Below, one piece after another: positions 24,401-35,480 of a DNA stretch of 64,000 nt. The position numbers and the translations under genes are program-made. The DNA is taken from positions 992,001 to 1,056,000 of the forward strand of contig NC_058383.1 of assembly GCF_018350175.1 (NCBI RefSeq), given 5' to 3'. The DNA is from Felis catus (lineage: Eukaryota). A model generated the notes under the pieces. It saw only the letters and a list, made by a program, of their open reading frames with translations, was not told the DNA's origin and did no database searches. How positions within the stretch are numbered: the stretch's first letter is position 1; the number at the start of each line of letters is the position of its first letter.

Positions 24401-27400
24401 CAGCTGAATCCTCTCCGTAAGCGGGAGGGAACCGGGCGCCCCCACACACCACCCCGTCTGACAAAATCCTCATAAAGATGGTGGGTGGTGATGTACACGC
24501 ACGGGCTGATCACTTTGTCCAAGATCACAGAGCCACGGTGCGAAAAGCTGGGCCTCCCAGCCCACAGAGCGCCAGCGTTCCCCTGCTGCTGGGACAGGGC
24601 GATGACGGAAGCCCAGGGGCCGAGCCTCCGACCTCTGGGGACAGGGCTGGGTCCCGCGCGGGACCCTGAGGGGGCAGGCGGCTCCCAGTCAGGCTCGGCC
24701 GGGAGCCCGAGGAGGGTCAGGGCAGCAGAGGGCCGGGCCAGACGTGAAAGGTAGTGACGGCAGAGCAGAGACTGCAGGGGAGAGGTGTGCAGGGCCGCAC
24801 AGTGGCCCCAGCACCCCGTCACCAGGCGGCTGGCTGGCTATGAGGTGCCGAGGGTCCCCCACCGCAGTCCAGGACACAGGACACTGCAGTGGCCACGTGG
24901 GGGAGGACAGAAATAAGAGTCTGATGGCCAGTCTGGCCCTAAGAGGGCGACACGCACCCTGAGAGCCAGCATCGGACGTGGTCCTGGGACCGGCAGGAAG
25001 CAGACAACGTAAGGTCGCGGAACACCAACACCCTCCCATCTGGTCAAAACGGGTGCCTCCTCCCTCGCCCACCCTCCTCCAGATCACCCAGCCAGCCCCA
25101 GACCCCACAGCAGGCCGCACAGTGCCCTCTGCCGCGAAGCTCTGTGGGGCTCACGGTCTCACTCACGGGGCCACCAGCCCTGTCCAACCGGGCTCCAGCT
25201 ACAGGTTCTCTCGAGCTACGGCCCTGATGGCCCACGAGGGCAGGGCCACGGCGCCCAGCCGCCAGGGCCACGTGGATGGAGGGTGCATCTCCAAACCACG
25301 GGTGGGTTTGCAAAACCAGCTCTCCCAGGCTCAGCTTTGGGGAGGAGAGGCTGTCCTGGGCACGCTAGATGGAAAGTGCCGGCAAACGCAAGGCCCCCGG
25401 GGCTTCCGGTGGACACAAACGAGTGCCCCTAAGCTGGGAGATCCCCGTCGTCTCTGCCCTGAGAACCATTCAGACCGGGGGTGGGGGTGGGGAAGCTTCT
25501 CACAGGGGACTGAAAGGATGGGCCTTTCCAGGATGGGGCCCTCCACTCACTGTGTCTCTGCCAGCCCGCTGCTGCAGAGCCAAGGGGACCCAGGGGAAGC
25601 GTGCCCAGGGTCAGAGAGAGATCACAGGAGCGCCCAGAGCCAGGCCTGCCCTCACAGGAGGGGCAAGCCCTTCCACAGGTGTGGTCTGGCCTCCCAGCTA
25701 CGCAGAGACACAGAGGTGCCCACGAAGGCTGCAGGGACAGAGGCGAGACGGGGCGTCCGCCCACTGTGTTAGAACGGGTGCTCCCTCCAGGTCAGAGGGG
25801 CCTGAGCTGCGTGCCCTGGGGGGGGGGGGGGGGGTGCGCCCGCGTGTGTCTCCCGGAGGCAGGTATCTGCACATCAAGTGTGTCCGGGAGAGACGAAGAA
25901 GGTCTCAGGAGACTCAAATGGAGGAAAATGGAAAGAAACCTTCACTCTTCACCCTTTTAAGGAGGTTATTTTCCCCACAGGCCACAGGCGACACTCCGGA
26001 CAGTTCAGGAATTTGCGTCTTCAGGCGACCAGGATGGGGACGAGGGGGCTGCCCGGCAGCAGGTCCCCACAGAAGGATGTGGGCCAGCAGCCACACTGCC
26101 CCTCATGTTCCCGTCCCAGCCCACGGGTCCACGAAAGCTCACGCCCTCCACGCCACGCCTCCGTCAAGCGGGCCGGGCTGGACGGCGGCGCAGGGCCTGG
26201 CCACGGATGGGCTGCACGGTGACTCATCGGGCCCCAGGGCTCCCAGTCTGCAGGGAGCACAGGAGACTGGGATGGAAACATTTATGCAGCCAAGACCAGA
26301 AGGCGCTAAAGAAGCCAAGTCCTGCCAGAGGGAGCGCGGGAGCCAGGGAGGGAGGAGCTGGCCAAGAGGGAGAAGGGCTTGGCGCCTCGGGACACCGCGG
26401 GAAGGAATCCTCCCGAGGGCCCGGGCGGGGCAAGAGGCCGTCGACGTGCTCCATCCTGTAACTCAACGTCTGCCCACCTTCCTGCCATCAGATCGACACA
26501 GAGCGTGTAACGCGGCCACCACACGCTCACACACCTGCCAAGCCACGAGCTGGTGGAGACGCCACGGCGCCCGGAGACGGTGGCGCCCCGAGTGACAAGT
26601 GTCCGAAGGTTCACCTGTGGGACCCACGGGGCTGCAGGCACGGCGACACGGGGCATCGAGGGGGTGGTGTATGCCCGCTGGCCAGCCGGGCTGAGAGCAC
26701 AGAGGAATCACCCGGGACGCTGCCTCCAGGGGACACGCTTACGCGCACACGTGCACACACCTCCCCCCAGGAGACGCAGCGCACCCCCATCTGACCTCAA
26801 AGGCTCGTGCTCTTTCCACACAGAGAAGCAGCTTATGACCTTCCCAGATCACCTGTGAGACGGGCACAGGACTGGAAAGGACCCAGCAAAACACAAACAC
26901 GAGAGCGAAAACCCAGAGACCAGGCAGAGGTCCGCAGCGGGCTCACAGCCCTGGAGCCACTGCTCATCCGGGGGGATGACGAGGACCACGCAGAAGCGGG
27001 GACCCGAGTGCGCCCAGCGCAGCCCCCAGGGATGGGAGGGAGACTCAACCACGGCACGCGGGTCCCTAACGATGCAGCCAGGGGGGCGGAGGCGGCCGCA
27101 GGGGGACGGCCCGGGGAAGCACAGGCTGCACCACCGGCCAGAGCCCCGCTCCGGGAGGACGAGGGAGCCCCGCGCACCAACCCTCCTCCCATCCTGGAAG
27201 ACTTTCCGAGGAGCTACAGCCACGAGCTTCTGTAAAGGACACAAAATTCTCAAGGCTCTGGCCTTGGCCAGCTCCCCGGGGACCCTGGAGCTGGACCTTG
27301 GCAGCCCTTCCTCGTGGCTCAGAAAAGGGCCCCAGAAGCTCTGGTTCTCAGCCCAAAACTGGCACTGGAACAAAGCACGGGCGGTCCTGGAGGGTCGGCT

Positions 27401-27599
27401 CGTCCCCAGGGAATTCGGTCTCAGGTGAGATCTGGGCTTTAGCACAGGGGTGGGAAGTGCAGGTTCTGGCAGGGAAGCCAAACAGCACGGCCTCGCGGAC
27501 CGACGCGGGCGGCCTCACGGCAGGTTAGAAACAGTCCGAGCTCATCGACAGGTGCGCGGCGCAGGAAGACACGGCGCACGCGCACAGCGGGACGGCATC

Positions 27600-28290
27600 C
27601 ACCCGTGACGTGGATCGGCACACGGACCGGCCACGCGCCACGCTCAGCGAGGCAAATCAGAGGACAAGCCCTGCGTGACTCACACACACGTGGAAGCTAG
27701 GGAGGTTAAACCTACTGTAAAAAAATGGCAGGGACCTGGGTGGCTCAGAGTGCTGGTGTGGGCTCAGGTCACGGTCTCAGGGCTTGTGGTGGAGCCCAGG
27801 GTTGGGCGGAGCCTGCGTGGGATTCTCTCTCCCTCTTCCTGCCCCTCCCCTGCTCACACGCTTCTCCGTCTTTTGAAATAAACTTTTTGAAAGAAAAAGA
27901 CCAGGGAGACGGTGGTTATGGAGGGAGGGGGGTGGGAGTAAAACGAACGACGTGTAAGGACACACACGTGAACGGGAGGCGACAAAGGCGACAGAGACCC
28001 AGCGTACAGCTGACGACCGCAGACAGGATGACGGGAGGCCTCGCCAACACCACCACGGCGGGACTCTCCTCACAGGAACACACCATACGCCTCGTCTTTG
28101 CAACGCGTAACGTCACATTTATCAGACGGAAAATTTAACAACAAACAAGAAAACCTCGCGTTCCCGCTTATAAGTATCCACCCAAGGGGAAAAACTACTA
28201 CGCTTGCCTGTAAAAATGTACGTTCGTGTATAAAAACCGTAAAGCAGCTGTGACAGCCAAATCCTGGAATTAACCCTGCTTTGTGTGCTG
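27600..28290 (+). mobile_element. Old LINE-1 3' fragments interrupted by a CAN-SINE
   Basis: L1 3'-like text (acgctcagcgaggcaaatcagaggacaagccctgcgtgactcacac..gtggaagcta; cccgcttataagtatccacccaaggg) on both sides of the SINE at 27731-27900. Confidence 0.5.
27731..27900 (+). mobile_element. CAN-SINE, diverged
   Basis: gggacctgggtggctcag head, gagcctgcgtgggattctctctccctc body and A-rich tail. Confidence 0.85.
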
Positions 28291-28975
28291 CTGGGACACA
28301 CTGGGGCCTTCCTTTCCTTGAATGTCCCCCTGCCTGGGAAGGGGCTGTCCTGGAGCCTGGCGAGCAGGCGGGTGGTCTACGGACACGAGCAAGCATGGAG
28401 GCCGGCACACGGCCCCGCCCCGCGGACGACACGGTGAGGCTGGAGCCCCCTCGGCCCCAAGGAAGGCCCCCTGCTTCTGGAGAAAAGCGCAGGGCGAGGC
28501 GAGAAGCAGTCGACAGGCTGACGAGCCTGGGACGAGCTCTCAAGGCCTCCGTCCTCCTGGCTGGGTGACCCAGAGCCCGGCCACCAAATCAGATGACCGA
28601 GTGCACTGGCACAAGCCAGGGGGCCTCTGACAACGAATGCCCCCGAAACCACCGGCAAAGACGATACGCTTCGCCCCAGGAAGTGCCCGGAACACTGGTC
28701 AGCTGTAGGGATCGGACACGGGGACAGCCTAATGCGTTTCCTGACCTGTGGTCAATGTTCACAGGATCTGCTTTCCAATTTGCCTTAATTAAAGATTAAC
28801 ATGCCGAATCACTTCCTCTCAGTCCGGCCACTATTCTTAATTGTGAGGCCCCTCAGCGGCCCGGGAATCACTCATCACCATAAGCAGCAGCAATGGACAA
28901 CATCATGATTTACCGTATCTCTCGGACAAAGCCGGCCAGATGGGCGCCTGGGGAACATGTGCGCTCACGTCGCGT

Positions 28976-29242
28976 CGGGGTGGGGTGCGGAGCAGGGGTG
29001 TGGAGCAGGGATGCGGAGGTGGGGTGCGGAGATGGGGTGTGGAGGTGGGGTGCAGGGGAGGGGTGCAGAGCAGGGACACGGAGCAGGGGTGCGGAGGTGG
29101 GGCGCAGAGCAGGGGTGTGGAGGTGGGGTGCGGAGCAGGGGTGCAGGGGAGGGGTGCGGAGCAGGGACACGGAGCAGTGGTGCACAGGTGGGGCGAGGAG
29201 CAGGGGTGCAGAGGAGGGGCGCCGAGGTGGGGTGCGGAGCAG
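28976..29242. repeat. G-rich minisatellite, ~14-bp unit GGGGTGCGGAGCAG/GGGGTGCGGAGGTG
   Basis: About 19 diverged tandem copies visible. Confidence 0.9.
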
Positions 29243-29979
29243 CGGTCAGAGCAGGGTCGGTCCGCAGGCAGAGCTGTCCGTGCGCCACATCAAGCGAGCA
29301 CACGAGGCGTCCCCCCCAGCCCCCGGACGGTGCACCCCACAGCTGTCACCCAGGTGAGGCGCCGGGGGGCGTCAGGGGGCAAGGAGGAGAGCCCCGAGGA
29401 GTCTGCGTGTGCGAAGACGCCGCGCGAGACAACCTGCGAGTCTAGTAAACGGGGTGTTATTCAGACCGCCCTCGTGTGGCGGGAGGAAAGGCCGTTCACC
29501 TGCGCGCTCTACTTCTGAATCACGTGCTGGCCGAGGGTGGCCACACCGCGTGGCTCTGCCAGCCGGGCCCTCGGGGCGCCGCGCAGAGAAAATGACAGCT
29601 GGCGGTGGGGCCAGGCCCACCCGGGAGCCTTCCATTAACATCAACTTCCCGGTTTTATTCCTTCGCCTTCCTTCGAAGAATGAGCAGCCTCACCTGCTAT
29701 TTAGCTAAAGTTTAACGGGGAGGACACACGTCCATGGAAACGGAATTATTTCTGTGACAAAGGACCGGCTGGGAAGGCTGCGAGCCTGACGGCACTGTCA
29801 CTTAAAGCCCCGACTCAGGACTTCACAGCCCGGAGGCAGTAAGACAGCTCCCGGCCTTGAGCGCAAGGGCCCCCCCTCCCCCGGAGGCCCTGGGGGCAGC
29901 GGCCAGGGCGCACCACGTTTCAGTCTTTACGGGGGGGGGGGGGGGGGGGGGCGCTACGAGCACGGTCCCCTCAGGCCAG

Positions 29980-31980
29980 AGTCCATCAGAATTTTTCTGG
30001 GTCCAGAAGCTGGACGACGTGGTTCACGACCGTGCGGACTGCGGCCGTTCTGCCACGAGGCAGAGCCCCGGCCGAAGTGAGCGCGATTTGCTGGCGGGGC
30101 TCCGGACCGGGTCCTCCAGCTGCTTGGGGGATCAAGGTTCCTGGTGCACACGCTTCGGGACGGGGCTTGGACGTAACCTCATTCGGAGAAGGCGTTTCTC
30201 TCATGCCGAGAACGGTCCTGCTGACGTTGGAGATGAGGGGCCGAGGGGCCGTCTGGAAAGCGGGGTGGGCACGTCCTTGCACCCCTGCCCAGTGTCACAG
30301 GCACCCAGGCCCCTGCTCCAGGGCGCCCCGCGTAGGGAAGGGGGCTGCCACACCAATCCCCGTGCCCACTCATCTTGGTGGGGGCCCCTCCTACAGACAC
30401 AGCCCCTGACCCCTTGGCGGGACCCCACGGTGACCCCACGGGAACCACCCGGCACCCGAGCCGCGTCCCCACGGCGGTGGAAGACGTCTTCGCCGCACAG
30501 AACGTCTCTCCAGGCGCCTGCGCGTCTACGTGGCCCCGTGCGTCCGGGCTCTTCGGCCTGACCACAAAGGGCCGAGGCTGGCGGGGCGGCCTGTGTGCGT
30601 TCCGGCCACACCCCGCTGTCACCAAGGTGCTGGTGACGCTGCTCTCGCTCAGTGCCGCCAGCAACCCGGGCTGTGCCGTCCTCTCCTTCGCGGCCCGCAT
30701 CCGCTACTTCGACGCGCGGTACTTGCGGCTGGTGATGCCCTTCAAGTTCTTGCCGCGGGGTTCTCCGCCCCGCCTGCGCCCGGCTGCCAAGGGTGCCCAC
30801 GGGCCTGCGGCGAGCCCGGCTGCCGCGGTGGGCTGCGCCCCCTGCAGCTCCCCGGGGCCGGTGGCCCCGCTGGGCACGTCCGGGGTGCCGTACGAAGCCA
30901 CTCTGTGCCAGGGAGACCCGCCGACCGCCCGGCCCGAGTATGAAGTCGTGAAGGTCAGCCTGGGCTTCGGGCCGGCCAGTGGGCAGCCCCTCCCCGGAGG
31001 GACGCGGCCCCTGCTCCCCCCGTGGTCCCGGCCACCGCCCCGAGCGCGTCTGTCCGCCGGCCGGCGTACGACCCGCACTCCTGTGGCAGGCCCGGCTAAC
31101 GCTGCAGAGGGACGGGGGCTCGCCCGGGGACGAGCTCCTCACGAGCCCTGCGGAGCGGGTCCTGTTTGGGGAGAGCCGTGTGACTTCCCTGGCTGGCCTC
31201 CTCCTCCAGGGGCCCCGCAGGCCGGCCCTGCTCAGCATCCCGGAGCACCTCACCCAGGCCTCGCCCGGTGGTGACGGAAGGGAGAGGCCCGGGACGGCTT
31301 GTCCCTGAAGAGAATTGGGGGGGGGGGGTGGGGAGGCGATGCAGCAGACAAGCAAGACGGGCGATGAGGGGGTGTGCCTGGCGGGTAGGGAACAGGATCA
31401 TCTGAAGGCGCGGAGAACGAGCTTCCTGGCATTCGGCTCCACTTACGCACACGCTCCAGAGCTTGGCTCAAACCAAGGCTTTGCAGTGACAGGAAACCCT
31501 GCGAATCCAGGGTGCAGTGAGTGTCGGGGCAGGAGCCGGCTGGACACATCTGACTGGGCTGACAGGTCCTCAATTCTAATGGGTGATTCCATGGTTAGCG
31601 TGTCCGCTGGCCGGCACCGGTCTCTAGCCCTACCCCGGTCAGACGACGACAACGGCAGAATTTATGGCCGTGTTATAATCTGGCCCTGAAGGGCTCTTAC
31701 CTGGTTACCCTTTAACACCGAGAGAGTTTGGCCTACGCAAGTAGCACCAAGAGCAAAGAAGTTTGCTTTGATCTTTCTAAATTTGCCACCATCGGCGGAG
31801 TCCGAGAGTGTCACCCGTGTGCTGATAAAGCATCACGAGACGCTTCCTGCCCCGCTGTGGCCTGGCAGGCAGCCAGTGCCCACCGCCAGGAGCTCTGGGT
31901 GGCCCGCGAAAAGCTCTGTGCCTAAAGCCTCCCCTGCTGTATTTGACATTATTCGCAGAAAGGCTGGTAACATATGAAAC
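29980..31980 (+). pseudogene. Decayed ZPBP/Sp38-like multi-module block C
   Basis: Coding-like composition with VEDVFAAQ, LRVYVAPC+PG+FG, NQGFAV..NPGCSEC, W..ILMGDSMVSVS..SLAL..GRIY, YLVTL*HRES and VTRVLIK/SRDASC, broken by frameshifts and stops. Confidence 0.5.
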
Positions 31981-32065
31981 ATAAAATACGAGGTTCAATG
32001 ATTAATCTTAATCCAAAATGTACGTTTACCATTCTTGCTACATTTATATTAAGATCTTCCTGGTT

Positions 32066-32275
32066 GGGGTGCCTGGGTGGCTCCGTCGGTTAAGCGTCCG
32101 ACTTCGGTTCAGGGTCATGATCTCACAGTCCGTGAGTTCGAGCCCCGTGTCGGGCTCTGTGCCGACAGCTCAGAGCCTGGAGCCTGCTTGGGATTCTGTG
32201 TCTCCCTCTCTCTTTGCCCCGCCCCCGCTTGCACTCTGTCTCAAAAATAAAGATTAAAAAACAAAAACAAAACCC
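32066..32275 (+). mobile_element. CAN-SINE (felid SINEC_Fc-like) with target-site duplication
   Basis: Full head, body and A tail. TSD aagatcttcctggtt (32051-32065) / aagattttcttggtt (32276-32290). Confidence 0.95.
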
Positions 32276-32359
32276 AAGATTTTCTTGGTTGAACAGAGAA
32301 AGGAGACGGGCAAAGGGAAGGTGTCTCTCTGGTTGTAGCAAACCCATGCCTTAGAGAGC

Positions 32360-32830
32360 TTTGATTTTTTACCAAAACTTTACTGTTCAGGGCAATTTTA
32401 CTGGGTTTGCAACTGAACTGAGAGGGAATGGAGGGAACACCCACACACCCTCCCCGCAGTGACACCCCCACCGGACGGAGCGTTTGTCACAACATAGATG
32501 GGATGGACCTATATTGACACGTCACCGTCACCCAGAGTCCCAGTTCCCATGTGGGCTCGCTCCTGGGGTGTAGACAGACCTATACTGACATGTGTCCTTC
32601 ATTAAGGCATCACAGAGAGTGCCCACTGCCCTAAGACCCCCCCCCCCGTGCCCTGCCTATCCACCCCTGCCTTCCCCCCCGACACCCACCCGTCCTCTAC
32701 CGGCTCCCTGGCCCTGCCTTTCCCAGAAGGCCACTCGGCTGGGATCACCCAGGGTGCGGCCTTTCCAGACTGGCTTCCTTCACGCAGTAACCTGGATCGA
32801 AGGTGCCTCCGCGTCGTTGTTGGCTTCGCG
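32360..32830 (-). mobile_element. Old L1M 3' UTR fragment
   Basis: ggcaattttactgggtttgcaactgaactgag..tttgtcacaac..acctatattgacacgtcaccgtcacccagagtcc..ctttccagactggcttccttcac is typical antisense L1MC/MB 3' text. Confidence 0.6.
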
Positions 32831-35457
32831 GCTCCCTTCTTTCCGGGGCTGAGTAACACTGCTTTGTCTGGATGGCTTCCACTCTTAGGGATATTTTACG
32901 TTCCTCTGCAAGCTAACGGCCAAGGCGTGCCGTCTGCAAGCCTGTCTTCAATGCTGATGCCACTTCTTTGCAAAAACAGGATTTGGGCCGTGTGGTTAAG
33001 GAGCTTCTGTAACATGCCATTAAAACACTTCATGCTTAAACAATCCCTCCCCTTCCGTTTCTGCTCCTCTGTGCGCTGGCACACCCACACGGCCTGTGCC
33101 GTGGGCGGCAGGCAGGTGTGAGTCCCACGCCCGCACGTCCGGAGAGGCTGGCAGGGGGCGAACAAGGAAGTTGGGAGCCCCTGGAAGGGAAGACGCTCCC
33201 TCCCTCCAGGAGGCTCAAGCAGGACAAAGGGCATCCCGGCTGACGTGTGAGGGCCGCTCCTTCCCATGCGATATAATAATTTTTTACTGGATCGGATGCT
33301 GGACGTTGTGAACATCCCTTGTTGAGTGTTGAACTTCACACTCAGGCTCGCCTTTTTAAAAAGGACTGAAGTTCACTCTGGAGGACACTTTGCTCCTTGT
33401 AGATCTGCGGGATTCTCTGGAGAGCTGTGTTTAAGCTTTGTTAGTGAGGTCTGGAGGGGCCTAAATACTCAAGCACCCCGTCTCTCCTCTTTGTCGTAAA
33501 CGCTCAAAAACACCTCTCTCCCGACCAGCGAATTAGGACACGGACCAGCGTGATGCACACTCTGGGAGCTGGTCAGCTTGTGGCCTCTGGTTGCTCCTAG
33601 CTCGGCCTCAACTGTCTGCACTCTGCACGCAGACATGTTCAACTCTCCAGACCTCGGGGGCCCTTTCTCAGCGTGGCTCCCCACTCCCCAGCCCGGTCTC
33701 CTGCCAATTCCAGCTCCCTCAGGCTTCCAGAAATCCAATCCCGTCCCCTCAACGTGGTCCGGTCATCCTGCGCTGCTAGGAACCCCTCCTGACTCCGGAC
33801 GGGTGCCCGGGTGAGAACAGGGGCTCACTGCACTCGCTTCCTCCTCAGAGGCCACGGTCCCGCACTGCCTACCGTCCCAACGTCTCAAAACAGCTTAATC
33901 TTTTATTTTATCCAGCTTTTGATGGCTTATGGCAAGCCCCCTTACGTTACTCATTCACGGCCAGAGGCGGAAGGACCTAATTAATGTACAAATACATAGT
34001 AACAGACACCGACAGCCTGTGAGTTTGCGACCCGAAGGAGGGGTGAGGCTCACGGGTGTTCGGCGCTCTTCAGAGAAACGGCTGACTGGGGCTGGGACAG
34101 CAGACATGGAAACCAGGCCTAGAGCATCTGATCCCACTGAGTTTCTCAGCATTCTGGCTAAAGGGGTAGTTTTAGAACCCAGCCACAGGAATGTCAGTGG
34201 GTGGTTCTCAAACGTTTTCTTTCGAGTGGTAGGATCCTTTCTTTAAACAAATCGTATAAAGAGGCCCAACGTCTGAGACACCAGGAGGTCCTGCTCTGAC
34301 CGGAGAGGAGGTGGGGAAGCCGGTCCCCTGGAACATGAAGGTGCCCCAGGAACAGCAGGCCCCGTGGGGACGGGCGGCTGTCGCACGTGCCATGCAGGTC
34401 TTGTCCGCTGACCCCCCCATCCGGGGACAGATGGGACACACTGACCACAGGAGCTTTTCAAGGACAGAACTAAGAGAAGGGTCAGGAACCACAGAGAAGC
34501 AAGGCAGCGTGCAGAATCGTGGTTTCCAGCAGTGGGGTGAGACGTGCACCCAGGAGGCTGACAGGAGAGCTCGATTTCACAAGGATGAGTCAGAACTGAG
34601 GGGTGGGGGGAGGGGGGGGAAGCCACTTCCTCCAGCTCTGAGCCTCTCCCTGACGAGCCAGGTCGACCCAGGTCTCCAGCAAGACCTCCTAGGACGTGCC
34701 ACTGGCGGACGGCCCCAGGCGGAACCGCGTGTGCGCTGTCCATCCCTAACCTGTGCGAGCCTCACGCGCTGCGCTCCGGCCGGCGCTGGCACCTCGCTCT
34801 CAAAGGACTGGAGGAAATGTGCAGAGAGCTCCGGGCAACGGCCGAGAGGGGCCCAGCTGTCCAAAGAGTCAACAGCAGCGAAACCATGGGGACCGCGCCT
34901 TCACGGTGTCACAAAGTGCCCGAGGGTGAGTGGGGAGCGAGGCTGCGCGGAGGCCGGCCGGCACCTGGACACCTACGATCCCTCCCCGTGACGGAAGAGG
35001 CCGCATGGCGGGTCTGCGGACTCCCGTCGATTTTTCTCTAAGGAACAGCCTCCGCGCAGATGGCGTCCGTTTGGCGCGCCCCGGTCCGGACACACACCTT
35101 TGTACGCACCCAGGACTGCCTGCCGCCGGGGTCGCACGGATGGCCGTGCCGACGCGCACGCTCCCGCGGGCACGGGCGCAGAGCTCAAACGGGAGGGGGT
35201 GCCCGGTGGGCGCCCCCCCCTCCCCCCGGCTCATCCAGAACGCCAGGTTCTGACACTCGGCCCCGGCCGATGTCTGCGGACTCGAGGCGGGCCTGCAGTG
35301 TTTCCTAACCGCCCACTCCTCGCCCGGCCAGCCTGCAGCAGACTGAGCCCCTCGGCTTCCCCGAGGGGAGCATGTGCAGCGATCCTCGGCCACGCTCGTG
35401 TCCCCACCGCTCTAGGCCCGGCCTCGGTCTTCACAGAGGTGGTGCTTGCCTGAGTGC

Positions 35458-35480
35458 TCAGGGTTAGGGTTAGGGTTAGG
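35458..35480 (+). repeat. Short telomere-like (TTAGGG)n tract
   Basis: tcaggg ttaggg ttaggg ttagg. Confidence 0.8.

Noticed and set aside
25369..26595. 408-aa plus-strand ORF
   Set aside because: GC-driven open frame crossing a poly-G run; no motif support.
28976..29242. Tandem array as CRISPR-like or coding repeat
   Set aside because: Mammalian DNA with contiguous degenerate units and no unique spacers; an ordinary minisatellite.
34195..34246. GWFSNVFFRVV resembling ZPBP2 GRYNDVFFRVL
   Set aside because: Isolated motif next to old L1-like sequence with no collinear neighbours; not counted as a module.
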